Shown here: one piece after another, positions 12,334 to 26,090 of the stretch
How positions within the stretch are numbered: the stretch's first letter is position 1
Layout of the letters: every line of letters begins with the position of its first letter
Origin: Puccinia triticina
Lineage: Eukaryota
Length of the DNA stretch: 64,000 bases
Reading direction: 5' to 3'
NCBI GenBank assembly: GCA_026914245.1
Contig: CP110439.1
Coordinates: forward strand, 6,138,001-6,202,000
Program-made: the position numbers and the translations under genes
The notes under the pieces: model-generated
What the model was told of the DNA's origin: nothing
Seen by the model: the letters and a program-made list of their open reading frames with translations, nothing else
Database searches by the model: none

Positions 12334-15216
12334 CTATCTCAACAGATGAGAAAAAGACTGATATATGAAATTCTGCAGCAGCAATACAAAATGCTGTGCA
12401 AGATGGCTAGTTTGAAGAATTGGAGAAAACACTGATAGCAGGGTATTTTGGGCTGCAACAATGCAATGCCAAAGATTGGATAGGGAATTGATATGTTTTC
12501 GGGATTCATCAAAAGAAACTGAGTTAGTATCAAGCATGACTTTGAGTTTTAGGGCTGAATGAATTTTAAGAGTGTAGAAAATGAAATAAGGTGTGAACCA
12601 GGAGATATGCAACAAAAACCAGAATGGTTTTATGGAATCTACCATCATTTAAAGACAATATCATGTTCTCAAGAATGGGTTCAACATGATATTTCACAAG
12701 CTCAGACTTGGGCCACTTTAGCAATGCATCTAAACCATCTTCATGAAGATTTTTCAAGTTTTTATTTTCTGATAACCAATATTTCCAAGTTAAATCAGCT
12801 TTTTCAAGCCGTTCATATGCTTTTTTGAACTTTGGATAGATATATTTTATTTGATCTTGATAATCTCTCTGGATTGATTGGGCATCAATGGATTGTTTCT
12901 TCAGTATTTTGCGGCAAGAGGAGTCCAATTTTGTGAAAGCCTCTGGAAGACGCTTCAGATCATCAATTTCTGAAGATAGTTGTATAACTTGATAGTAGTC
13001 TAAAGCATTTTGTAGTATATATGCTTTTGGATTTTCCCCAGTAAGCAGAGGTTGAGCATCACTTTCCTCCTGAGCCAGTGGACCAATCAAGTTCATGGCA
13101 TCTATTTTCATTTCTTTGGTCACCTGGGTTATGACACCTGGGCAAATGAGTGTTTCAATCAAGTCCAGATATTGGCAAATCATTTTAGATATAGGCTTTG
13201 CATAAATTACAAAGTACCCATTGGTATAACTGACACCTGGACCATGTGCATTGATTGAAATAGTGAGAGCTTTCTTGACATCCTTTTTGACTTCTTCTAC
13301 AGCTAAAGAATTTTCATTTTGGGCATTCAATTTTATGGATCCCTTTCTGAATTTCAAATGATCCAAATATTTCCTGTCTGAAATGATATCACAAAATTCA
13401 ATGAAATGTATGTTGCTTGCAAGAGAGTACCCCCCATAATACATAGTTTCAAGCACTGCTTGGTTTATTAATTCCATTTTGATCCTTGCATGATCTTCTT
13501 CATCAAGTACTATATAAATGTGTATTCATTTTATCAGAAAGAGAGAAAAAGGAGGATGATTTGCAACACCCAATCACATGCAAGAATTCAAGAGATACTT
13601 ACTTGTAAAAAATTTAAAACCCAATGGTCCCCAACCATCACTTGTCTTACCAAACAACTCACTGGTAAAAGGGAATTGTTGAGAATAATAATACTTTGCA
13701 TAAAGACTTGCTCTTGTCAGGAATAAATCATCTTGGAAAATCTTTTTCACACTTTCATTGCAAATAAATCCATTCTTCAATAAGAAATCCATTGTGTTCA
13801 ATAAATAGGGCACATATTTTGAAGGGTGAAACATAAATTCAAAAGATTCATTTTTAATATGAGGTATGGTATATTCATAAACAACAACTGCTCTCTTTAT
13901 CTTCCCCAAAATTGAAAGTCCCAATTCTTCACCATTTTTCCTGACACTGGAGGGAATTTGATACTCTTTGTTGATCTTTGAATATTTGTAATGTTTGAAA
14001 TTGTTAAGTAAAATACTTTTCAACTTCTCCCAATTGTTGATCAAATCAAATCGGCCTAGTTCTAACAGCTTCAGTTCTTTCAAAACCAATATTTTGTGTT
14101 GAATATCTTCAATTAAATCTATATGCTCTTGTTTTGGTGGAAAAATCCCATGATTTTGCTCTGGATCCTGATGTCCCTCAAACAAATTGGTGATTATTTT
14201 CAAATCATGATTGAGTGATAGCAAAGTATATTCTATCAGAGAGAAGTTTAAAAATTCAGCTCTTTATCCACCATATTGATTCAAGTTAATCTGATCACAA
14301 AGCTACCATTACCAAACCCCACCAAACTCATCATCTCAAAACATCTTATCCTGGTTTTGAGACCACTTTGGAATCTAGGCCTCAGGTGATTATTCAGATT
14401 TTAAATTTGGAATTGGGTGATCATCAAACCCTTTCTTTCACCCACATTGCATCATCCTCAGAAGCTTGCTTCAATTTATGCAAGCCATTTGAAGAGAGAG
14501 GGCTGAATGCTGAGTCACCCCTATTCTTAGATTAAAATCTGAATAAAATCACCCAACTGGGTGTGGATGTGATTGGTACTGTTAACCAGATATGATGGTA
14601 TGAGATGATCCTTTTGGTGGGAGTTGGTCTAGAGGCTTTTACTTGTTGCAAGCTGTTGATCAACTCTTTCAAATCAAAGAATAACTTACCTTCATCTTTT
14701 GTGGTATGATCTGTTAAGATTGTATTTTGGATCTTCATCAGAATGAGCAATTTAATACCAATCAGTTGATCCAACATAAAAAATTTACTTACATTTTTGA
14801 TTTGTCAGTTTGTATACTGTCCCTGGTTCATCCACCTGAAAATTTGGTTTTTGTTCAGGTAGTGACCCTTGTTTCTGATATCCATTAAAAAAAAATCGAA
14901 GTTACCTGTGTCTCAAGGAAATTGTTTTGTGCACATGTGACCTGTTGCTCTTTCCAGCCTTCAGTGATTTCCTGTTGAGCAATTTGATTTGCTTCAGAAA
15001 CTTATGGATTGAAAGAAAATATGAAGGATGATGATAGATAAAAAATGAATCAGCATTAGGAAGGCACAGCACTAAGGGAAACTAGAAATAAAATTATTTA
15101 TTACCCTGAGTGTGTGCTGCAGCACTACTTTCAAAGCTAGGAACCAGTGAGCTGGTGACTCTTTTAGTTGTAATCAAGATGGAGCACAAGACCCCAAGTA
15201 TCAGTGGTGAAGACAT
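12334..15216 (-). pseudogene. Decayed multi-exon gene for a large, probably secreted protein
   Basis: Signal-peptide-like start MSSPLILGVLCSILITTKRVTSS (ATG 15216, donor ~15104). Collinear minus-strand ORFs at 14532-14777, 13574-14224 and 12566-13477, with apparent in-frame stops and almost no CpG. No domain recognised; the 3' end is approximate. Confidence 0.5.
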
Positions 15217-15962
15217 GATGTTGGAATATTTCTGATGGCTAAAAATAAATTTTAAGCACAGAGGAGTTTGGGCAAAAGACATATTGGAATGGAAAATGAA
15301 TATGTTTTCACTAAAATTTAAAAATAAGACCCTGCGCCCAAGATCCTGTACAGATGGTGCTGCATCCAGGGCCAAGATCATTGACCAGACAGAGATACAT
15401 ACATTTTAAATGTCAGAACTCCTTGTCAATGTTTATGCATTTGTCCTGCACCTGTTGTATATATTTTCATGATTGGTTTCATTGAAGCTGGGTGTACAAC
15501 AGATAAAAATAAAAATGATAAATGATAAGGCTGGGTTTAGCCAGGCTTGATGAAGGGTGTCTCAGAAGTAGAATTATCTGTGTGACTTGCAATAGTAAGT
15601 GATTATGTCTCAAAATTATTTTTTATATATTGGAATATGAGTTTTATTGCTCAAGATCCAGGTACAGATAGTGTGTCATACCCGTTGAAGCTGGATGAAA
15701 AAGACACAATCCAAGTGCTCTACATTGCATAAACTGCTGATGGACTGAACTTGGACAGACCTGTCCAAGCAGTCATCAGACAGAATTTTTACAACAAGTT
15801 CTGTAATAATACAGGCCTTTATAGCAGAACCCATTGGGCAAAATGTTTCTGGAAACTGCTTGGACAAGATTTTCCAAGCAGCAATGTGCTGTATGTTGAA
15901 CCTGTTGGAAATTGCAATAACAAACCTGATAAAGGAAAATTTTTGGTTAAGTCAAACTAAGT

Positions 15963-16586
15963 CAAACTTAAAAATGTCCCTCCCTGTGCTCAAAGGGTGC
16001 AAGCACACTCACACAAGAGAGGGACTTGAGTATAATGTCCAAAATTTGGCTTGAGGCTGGCCAGCCATTCTAATGAAGCTCCCTTCTATTTCACATATCA
16101 CCCTCTACCCAGCTGACCTTTTACAGCCTTGGGCACCATTATAATCAGCTTCTCTTTCTTCATGTTACCATGTATGCCATCAAGATTATATCAACATCCC
16201 TTGGATTTAATTGGGATGTAAAAATTTCCTTGAGGCCAAAACTATGAGAACCTGTACAATCTTGACCTGTAGTTGACCCAATGGGTCCATGATCATCACA
16301 TAGGTCAGGGGCAGCCCTTACAAGAATGGCTACTTTCCAGCCAATTTTTTCGAAAATACTGGGGAAAAATATGTAAAAGATAGCTGAGATCAAGGGATAC
16401 AACATGCTCAGCTAAAATTTTGTTGGTAGTGGGGAGATATTTGTGAAAGGCATGTAAATAAAACACTCCTGTTTCCCTTTGAAAACCCCTGTCAGTGTCA
16501 GCCTCAGGCCAATAATATGGCTTTAGTCAATAAGCCTCTCCTTTGGAAACACTTCGCACCTCCTGGGAGAGGCTTACTGAATTTTG
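15963..16586. mobile_element. Degraded member of the 9-bp-TSD (AcademH-like) family
   Basis: Left end CAAACTTAAA with GTCCCTC...GAGGGAC hairpin; right AAGCCTCTCC...GGAGAGGCTT hairpin. Flanks match only 6/9 (AAACTAAGT vs CATTTAAGT). Confidence 0.45.
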
Positions 16587-18496
16587 CATTTAAGTCAGGC
16601 TCAATGAAGGTCATCTCAATACTCTGAGTCTGACTTGAAATATTTGTATTTTTGGCATCCGTCTGTTTTAAGGTTCAAGGAACCCTTGACTGATGATTGT
16701 GAGATGGGGCACAAGAAGCTGACTTGTGGACAAAGAGAAGGTAGGAGAAGGGGTGACTCACCTATCCACAACAGAGGCAAGAAGCCGTCTGGTTCTCTAC
16801 TAACTTCACTTAGCTAGGTGGGGAAGCGGCTACTGTTGTCTGTGTTTCTATAGTTGGATCCATGGAAGTTGGTTGTATGAAAACAGCAAGCACAATGAAT
16901 GCTGGGAGCACTACAATCCATGATTCTGCATGGAACCCTACCAGCCAGTAAAATTCCTAGGCTGTGCATGTTTGCCAGACCCCACGTCAATGTTTTCCAG
17001 AGGGAAAAGTCTTGCCCCTTGTCAGCTATTTTTATGAAACTTGGGGTAAAAACCTGTCAGAAATAAGGGTTTTTTCCCTAGTACTATAACTGTACTGAAA
17101 TAAAACACTGGCAATAATGTGCCAAACTTGTTACGTGGTATTTAACCACTACAAGGGTTTAAACACTCTTATGTAAGAGGAAGGTATTTGTAATTAATAA
17201 GTTTTACTTATTAAGAACAGGTATATATAAGGTTTTTGACGGAGAAATAGCTGGTAAGCGCTTAAACTGATTGGCTGCGCGTTAGAGGCGGAGGTCTTAC
17301 AGCAACTTTATCTAAAGATATAACTGTAATAAATGCTTATAAGGGATATTGGCATTTTTAGAGTTAAGATCTAGTGGTTTTTGTGCCAGGAAGGCAGAAG
17401 TAAAGGAAGTGGTGGCTTTAATAAGCCAGAGGAGAATTTTCACAAGTTAACTTACAGGTTAATGGGTGGTTAAATGTCTGGGGGGAAAATTCCAGTGGCC
17501 CCATAACCTCCTTAAATACTGGAGAGGTCATTGAGGGCGCTGAAAAGTTCCCATTAGTTTTGGCTATGGGTAAATGCCAAGAGTAGACATGTAATCTGCC
17601 TTGGTTATGGGGTGGGTGAATTTTACAAAGCAAAAACCTGAATTTTAGAAGGCAAACTAGAGGCCAAGCGGCTTCGCCGCTGCGGGGCCGCCCCGCACCT
17701 GACGCCAAAAACCCCGTGCCCCCAAGCTCTGTCCCCCGGCCCGCACACAGGCAGGCCCCGGGACGCCGCTTTTCCAATTACCCCAGGCGTCCACCGCCGG
17801 CGAAATCGCGACCATCCGCCACCCAACTCACAGCAAGGACCACCCGTTCTCCTTCACCAGGAGCATGCGCCCCCATCACACGACAGACCAGACCGACCAG
17901 CCAGAGCCAGACTACCCACGTACCCCACGATACCCAGGCAAGTATTGCTACATCAGGCCAAGTTGTTTGCGGCCGGCCACAATGACCAGGCTAGACGCGA
18001 CCAGTGCCGCAGCTGCCGAAGGCCCGCCCTACTCAATGCAAACAAGGCGGTATCCTCTAGCTCAAGCCCACCACAGGAGGGTATAAATTGAACCCACTTC
18101 CAAGAACCGGTCCATCACAACGTTAACCCCCAAATCCCGACTGACCCCTTGCTACCAAACCACACAACAACACCCAAACCAATCACATCGTTCCCAAAAA
18201 CTCATGACCCAGGCCAACCAAACAATCCAAACCACCCCCCAAGACACCCTAATGGTTGATAGGGTCAACGTCCGTGGGGGCATATACATTGAAGAATGCC
18301 TGAGTCCTCCCATCCCTCCAACTAAGTCGCGATATATGTCACTCTGCCTAAGCTTACGCACAAGGATCTTGGTCAGAACAATGTGTTACCCAGTTGGCTA
18401 CCCGCATGGCCGTCAGCCGGCCCTCACCATTTCCCCATCAACCTCAGAACAGTTTTGTCCCCTGAAGCAACCCACCAAATGCAGGGAGGATATACT

Positions 18497-19005
18497 ATGA
18501 AAGGATCCATTCTTAGACTCAGCCCCAACAGTTGCCTCGAAATGAGGTTTTCATCTGGGGCGATGGATGAGCGCCCACCGCGCAACCTTGCGAAGCCAGA
18601 GGCACCACTAACGGTCAATGCAGTCGGTACCATCTGCGAGCTCTCAATGATAAACATACTAAGCGGCGAACCTACTTGCGCCATAACACTCCAACACAAA
18701 ACAACAGTGAGTCGAACCTTCAACACTGACTTCAGTCAGTTAGCTAATCTCAAGCACAAGAATCTTTCGTCAAAGCTTGTCATTGACTACTTAATATCCC
18801 CGGAAGTCGCCTTGATATTCGCGTTGGATGCTGATCACATTGGTCTTTGCGCCTGGTTTTACGGCAATTTGGCGGGGGTCAACACCGTAAAAGGCCGAGC
18901 TGTTGTCAAGGTATGTAATCACAGTTGAGCTCATATCATGCCCAACCTGACTCCGCCATTACTTGCTAGATTATTTCGGGCCAAGTCTTTGGCGTGAAAA
19001 AGTGA
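18497..19005 (+). CDS. Small hypothetical protein, at least 3 exons
   Basis: ORF from MKGSILRLSP. Introns 18707-18760 (GTGAGT..GCTAAT..AG) and 18911-18969 (GTATGT..CTGAC..TAG) splice in frame to IISGQVFGVKK-stop. CpG is retained. The true start may lie upstream. Confidence 0.6.
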
Positions 19006-20829
19006 CCGTCATGGTCAACCTTCAATATAGATGTTCTGCTCGAGGTTGCAAATGTTTTGGCACTACAATCCCAGCTCAAATTCAATAAACTAACAACCTT
19101 GCCAGCAATTAACGTTGTGAAAATTAAATAGTTCAACAATTATTAACTCCGATGCCACTGTACAGCCTTCTCCCAGAATAATGAGTCATTATTAGATTTG
19201 TCAGTTAGGAATCTCCCCTAGCCTTGATCCAAGCGCAATTTTGTTAATTTTGATGCACGCCAAAGGAGTAAACAAATCTGCAATCCTTTGCCCGCCATGA
19301 AAGCTTGCACCAACATGCCCTCGCAATCCACGCAGATAAGAAATTTCAGGCGAGGATCTGAGTTTAATTTGACCAACAGTTTGACACTCATTAGCACCCG
19401 CGATATGAGCTACATTCAACAAACAAAGGCGACCGGATCATCACGTTCTTTCACAAATAAATGTGTCTCTATCATCCCGAGGTTTGACTATCAGCCCGAT
19501 TCGTGGAATCCGGGCGAATCACCTGTGAGTTAGACCTACGGTCGTCAGAGCATTGAGCCCAAGCTCCTACCTCAGCTCGATATTTCCAGTGCACACAGCC
19601 GCAGGCAGAGCAATCATCTGGACACAACACAATGACAGCAGGAAGTTTGTAATCAAAGGCCCGGCCTATCATCGCGTTCCAATTACGCCTTGTATCTTCT
19701 AGCATTTTTGTGTGATTTTCAGCCTGCCCCTATGTGCGTCGCTTGTGTTCGCCAAACCAATGCACAGCCCTTGAATCGTATAAACCGATAATGAAGATGA
19801 CACGAGGTTAGTGGCCCAACAAATATACCACACCTAGGCTCACGATGATGGCCCGGGATGGTTGTGGCTGGTTGAATTGAAATGTCTCAGTTGTAAAAGT
19901 GGAGGAGGAGTCTGTATTTGCTGGGCTAGGCGAGTCGTTGGCGCCAGGACGATAAAACTGGGTGATACGCCTGAGGGATTGGTGCAGGACGGCTTGAGCG
20001 AGTCAATTGGCGAGGGAGTTGGTCTGACGGTGGGCTTGGCGTTTGTAGAGTGAAAGAAAAAACTGTGGTCTGCAGATGGTGATGACATTGTCCACCACCA
20101 AACCTTCCAGGTTCTCTCAGGCCAAATGTCCTGATTAGTCCTAAGTCCTCTCCCTGCAGGAGAGATCTTGATGCTATGCATCTCAACCAGGCCAAATGGG
20201 AGCCCCCCCTGGCTGCAGCAGGGACAAGGACTTTGACAAGTTTGTACAACCAAGGGGGGGGGGGGGGGGGGGGCGCAGGGTGCACTCCACACTTTTTTGG
20301 AGTGCACTTCTGCACACTCCAATGTTTCCTGAAGTGAAAATTGTTCACTCCATTTTTGGTGTGCAAAAAGGGTGAGCCTAATTTTTCTTCCCATGTGAAC
20401 TTGTTGATTTTCTTTCAATTATCTTTCTCAGATTACAAGAAAAGAAACTTGAACAAAAATTGCATCTCAGGTGTCTCAAAAACCCGCCTATTTTTTCTAC
20501 TCCACAATAAAACAAAGCCATGTATCAGACCACTCATGTTGTTGCCCCGGCCCCAAAAAGGGTCAGGGTTGAGCTCGGAGGAGTAAAGATGCCGTGTTGC
20601 TGATATTAATGAGTAGGGTGTTGAGGAACAGCAGTGCATGGGAGAAAGAGAGGAGAGAAGGGCATGATAAATGATGAAGCTTTCGACAACCTCGTTCGTC
20701 CTCTCAACAGAGCATGCACAATAATATCTTCTTTGGACTGTGTCCCTTTATACATCCAGCGCTCACCCACTCGACCCCCCCTGCCAACAAGAATGACAAT
20801 AAACACAGAATAAACCTTGCTGGCCGTCG

Positions 20830-21504
20830 TCATGATCCTTCGATTTCTTCCACTTGCTCTCGCTCGCGATATTCCAGGCCTAGACGGAGCTGTTCTTCGG
20901 TCCCGGGTCGGATCCGAAGCCATTGCCTATGGAGACGTGTGAAAGAATGGATCAGGGGTCCGGGGTTATGGGTGAAGGAAGGAAGTGAGGGGTAGAACTT
21001 ACATTCGGGGCCCACTGCGGGCACGCTCGCTGACGCGGAAACCATATATCCTAGGCCCGTAGATCTTGGATTGAGCTGAGTTGTAGGCCGTAACAGAGTT
21101 GGTCATGAAGCCGGACTTGGATTGAAGATCGCACGGCGGTTCGGGGGAGGACAGGGAGGCTGGAGGCCAGGGGCTAGGATCGAGGGGCTTTTGCGAAAGG
21201 TTTGGAAGAGCAGATGGGGAAAGGAGGTGCTGAAGTAAGCACCTATCAAAAAAAGAGGGAGCAGATCGACGATCAGATTGCTTTCCATCAACAAGCGGTT
21301 ATGGGAGTAGTACTGTTCAGAAGGCTGACCATCGATGCAATGGTATCTGCTACTCGGCGGGTGGTAGATGTCCATGCAGTTCGGACAGAACAAAACAACC
21401 TCGCCGTCCCCTGGTGTATCTGACCTTCCACATGGCACATCCTTGGAGGGTTGGCAGTACACACGGGGACAATAGCCGAAATGAGCACTTTCGTACTTGG
21501 CATT
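20830..21504 (-). pseudogene. CKB1: Casein kinase II regulatory beta subunit, 3' half only, frameshifted
   Basis: HFGYCPRVYC...G.SD.PG...V.LFCPNCMDIYHPPSSR..IDG, intron, AYF.TSFPHL...YGPRIYGFRV match CK2-beta zinc-finger and C-terminal motifs. Introns retained. Frame break between ~21200 and 21105. No upstream exons found. Confidence 0.85.
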
Positions 21505-23811
21505 CTACGGGAAAAAAGGATGGCCAGCATCGATCAGCCGCCCATTTACAGTGGGGGATCGATGCGTTTAGTGGGTAGGTTGCTTGGATAAGGCCGTTGC
21601 TGGTTACGATGGTTCAGACCGGTGGAAAATCAGGGGTGGTTGGCGAGGCGATGGCGAGGGGGATGGCGCGGCAAAGTGTGATTTTTGGGTATAGACATTC
21701 AATTTGGGATCGGATTGCGGAATGCCGTGGTGGGGAGGGCGCAGGGTTTGATATTTCGTCAACGTGCGCTCAGGGGAGGGGATTGTTCGAGGAGGGGGCG
21801 GCGTGTTGCGAGGGGAGTGGCGTAGCGGTGAATTGGCGAAGCGGTGTAGGCGACAGGTGGGGTCCGAGGCGCCTGGATGCTATAAAAGGAGTGACAGATC
21901 AGCAGGATTTGCTTCCCCAGACGACTCGAATGCTGTGTTTTCCAGCTGACAGGTCGTCTCACCCCCGTCCGCTGTAGCATTTGCGCAGTCCGGCGGGGGA
22001 TATTCGGGGGCCCCCCTGTGCTTTCGGGCTGGGAGTCCTCTTCCCAACGCTTTTTAACCCTGCTAGACAGGGATGGGCGTTGGGCCACGGTGCGTCAGCT
22101 TGCTGCGCTAGGTGGCTGGGTGCGGGTTTTTGGAGTGGGGATTATTGGAATTGTGGGGGATTTTTTTGTAATTGGTCTGTTTGTATGATAATTGCGGCTT
22201 GTGGGTTCTCTGTTTTGACAGAAGGGGAACCTCTGACCTTTTTTTTTGTATTTTAGCAGATTGTAGGGGGAACCCTTGAATTTTTTTTCTACGAACCTGA
22301 GACTTTAATATACTTGGATTTTGAGGAAGCAGTACACCAAGCAAAACATGTGTGGCAAAAATCAATAACAATGACTACCAGGCTTGAAATTTACAAGGTG
22401 ATGTGGAGATTTTATAGGGTGTTTTTACTCCTTTTTCCTTTGGAAAATTGACTTTCCTGAACTACAAATTGTCCAATATGCACTCCTGCTGAAATTATTG
22501 AACGTGCAGGAGCAATAAGAGAATTCACTCCACTGACATAAAATTTGAACAAGGGTTGTATGGTGATTCATGACTCCCAGAAATTTCATAATTCCAGCAG
22601 AAGTTCATATTTTCCAAGTGCAGTTGGTAGTAGTGGGTTTTCCAAAAAAAAAAAAAAAAACTGCCTTGTAAATTTCCCACAGCAACTTGTAAATTTGAGC
22701 TTTGTAACCACTTTTATTGATCTTTACAAGGTAGATTTTGTGCAGTGTACCAAAACCACCTTGTAAAATTTACACAACACCTTGTAATTTCAAACCTGGT
22801 TGCCATCATTATTGATTTTTGCAAGGTATATTTTGCATGGTGTACTGCTTCCTCAAAATTTGCCTTGTAAAATTTAGGTTTTTGCTGCAAATATGCAATT
22901 TTGCAATGTACTTTTTTTGCAAGGTGGCACTTTGTAAAAAAACACCAAGTAAAATTCCATATGGAAGACTTCAGGTATAATTTTACACGGTTGCTTTTAC
23001 ATTACAAGGTTGGAATCTAGTTAACACATTGTAAAATCACACCTACCCCCCCTCAATGTGTACTTTTACAAAGAAATTTTTTACAGGGCTTTGTACCTTG
23101 TAAAAAACCCTTTGTAAAATTCAATATCCCCATTTTTTGGCGTGCCTAAAGCCTGCCCCTTTTCACAATTCCACCCACATTCTGCAGAAAAAAACCTTCT
23201 GAACCCAGGATTTGTTCCTACCCAGCTATCTCAGGGGAATTTGCCTCTTTCAGCGCCCAGATCAGAATTCTTCTTTTTTTTCAGCCCTCAGCACATTTAG
23301 CAACCAGATATTGCTAAATAAGAGAAATTTAACCCTTTTCAATGCTCATAGAAGCCAAAGTTAACAAAGTTACCTCCCGCGCTTGTGGGGAATGGTGTAT
23401 CCACTGCGCTAGGATTAAAAAGGAGGCCTTTTAGCACTACAAACAACTATAATTTTGCCCAAGAGTGATTTATCTTTGGGGTTGGTAAAATTGTAAACAT
23501 TCTGTTTTCTAAATGCCTCAGAAGTGAAAAATGAGCTAAACTGATCCAAAATAATTACCTAAAACAAGCAAGAATAATTTTTGCACTGCTTGTAAATATT
23601 TGTCTTTTTGGCTGAGCATCCTGAATTTGGCTCAGTTTTTCACTCTGGGGCGTGTTCAAGATAAAATGTTTCCATAGTACCCAGAAACAAAAATCACCCC
23701 TAGGAGAAATTTTCATATGTTTGCGGTGTAGCACAGGATGGTGGTTTTCCGCTCTGTCACGTGGCTAGACTAAAAAGAAATAGCGCAGGGTTTTTCCCGC
23801 TGCGCTACTTG

Positions 23812-25135
23812 TGTCAGCCTTGAGCGCACGGAATAACTACTTCCATGCTCCAAAAGGCTACTCTAGACCCCTAGGTCGGAGAGGTACTGCCTCACTGAGC
23901 CGGAAAGAGTGCGAACAAGTTCTGGCACCAGGAGCGGACTCCGCGACCAGTAGCGGATGCCCAGCTCCTATTACCTACTGTCTCTAAGGAGACTAGTAAA
24001 TTCCATTAGGAGATTGATATCCCCTAATGGAGAGTGTTATTCCCTTATAGGAATAACTGCCTGAGCGTGGAACCACATGAGGAGAGTGTTGAAAGCACTT
24101 GCTACTAGGAGGATACCCCAGATTTTAGGTTCATCGTCTTGTAGCCTACCAAACCCAAGCAGTTACAGCACCCGTTTGTGATTGGGGCCTTTATATCAGT
24201 CTCCTTTTCTTTTATCCCCTCCTCCTTTTCTCTATTCTACTTCATCTGACTTCTTTTCTACTCATTGCACCTTTACTTTTACTTAGTTGCCATGTATTCC
24301 AGATATCCTCAGTCTTCTCTTCTCTTCCAACCACCTGCCTTGCACTTGAGTTTTCATTCAGAGGTATTCACCTAAGAGACTACCCCTGAAAACTTGCCAT
24401 GTGAAGCAATGACCGCTACCCTCCCAGGGCAATTAGCAATATTGCAGCAGAAGCAAAAGCAAAAGCAGAAATTTTCTATGCTATCTTCTCAATTAGCAGA
24501 TATTGGAACTGTTGTTTGGTTTCACCTTTGGTTTTAACCCATTCTTTTCAAACATCAGAAGCAAGAATTTGCTATGTAGTATCTGCTGATTTAGTGGATA
24601 ACCCAACTGTTTTGTGTTTTAAAATTCTTTTTTCCTTTTTCAACCCAATTTTTTCTTATCTTCCAAACTGCTGCGCTTCTTTGATGATGCATATTATCTG
24701 TGCTTTTATATTATTAGCAATAATGTGTCATCACAACATGAGATATAAGGTGGGTGTGATTGGCTCAGTAGGAAATTGCTGCTAACTGTATAACCTTTTT
24801 GTTACACAACCAAACAGTCTAAAAAGTTCAGGGATATTTATATGTTGTATATACTTTGTGCTATGAAAATTAAGGAAATATTATGTCATCAGAAAATTAA
24901 GTATGAGGGCTGCACGTTAGCCATCATGCATTACCAACTTACCTCACGTAGACCCGGTTCCGCTGAACTTTATATAATCAATCTTATTAGCTCAAAAGAA
25001 CCGCCTGAATCTATCCTTTCAAATAAAGAAATTTTGCACATGTTTCCTCTGATTTTCACATTATTTACAGCGCTTTCCATCCAGCCTTCTGTCCCAACGG
25101 CAGCACGCACACCCCCTGTTTACCTAACCCTGACA
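23812..25135. mobile_element. LTR-like segment
   Basis: TGTCAG...CTGACA ends. Flanks ACTTG and AATTG match 4/5. May contain nested inserts. Confidence 0.4.
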
Positions 25136-26090
25136 AATTGGTACATTGGGGGTGAAATGTTACATGTTGGGTTACATGTTGAATGTTGCGTGTGTACATG
25201 TGTTTTTTGGTGTGCATACTTGATGCTTAAGGTTTACATGGTATTTGTGCTTGTCACAGGTGGTACACTTTTTGTAAACTTCTTTCATGGGGTTTACATG
25301 GTGCGGGTCATTCATGAGGGGTACTTGGGGGTTACATGTTGCAGGAACATCTTACATCAATGTTATGCGGGGTTTACATGCCGCGTAACAATGTTATATG
25401 GTGTTTTTATGCCACGTAACAATTTCATACAGGTAACTACCGGTGTCTGCGGATGGCTCCCAAAATGGTGTTCTGCGGAGGGCTGATTCCCTTTTCCATT
25501 GTCAAAAAAATAATAATAAATAACTTGTGCAGACGACTCCCAAAAAAAATATAATTGGGAAAACAACTCCCAAAACCTGTCCCGGCAACGTAAATTGGGA
25601 AATGGGAGTTGTTTTCCCATTTTTTGGGAGTTGTTGTTCCAAGACTCTCTTTATAAGCTTGAGTTTTAACCTTTTTTTTGACTTCAGATTCTGCTTCCCC
25701 ATGCAAATTTAACCCTATTCCCAGCTGACAGACTTCTCTTATTCTTTCCACCAAAAGTCAAGTTTCCTTTCTACCAACAATATTTGGAACTTGATTATTC
25801 TTATAGACTTCTGGCCTCTAATCCTCCACCCATCTCATCCTTTCAGTGAGGGGTCACAGAAACCTCACACATGGTACAAGAATTCTTCAACCGCTAGGAA
25901 TGTGTGTAGCAGCAAAAGATTGGGAAGATTGAGACACGTCTCATGGCCCAAAGGGTAAGCACTTACAGCAGCCATTTGGGAATAGGGTCAAAATTGAAAG
26001 GCACAGAATCACCTGGAAAGGGTCATTGGAATATCTGAATCTCTCAGTTCAGTTAGGGGACATCAGTCCGGGGCCCAGCCAGACTATGTA

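Noticed and set aside
22250..23144. Complete CACGC-ended element with CCTTGTAAAAT repeats
   Set aside because: Only one terminus was found, so the boundaries are unsupported.
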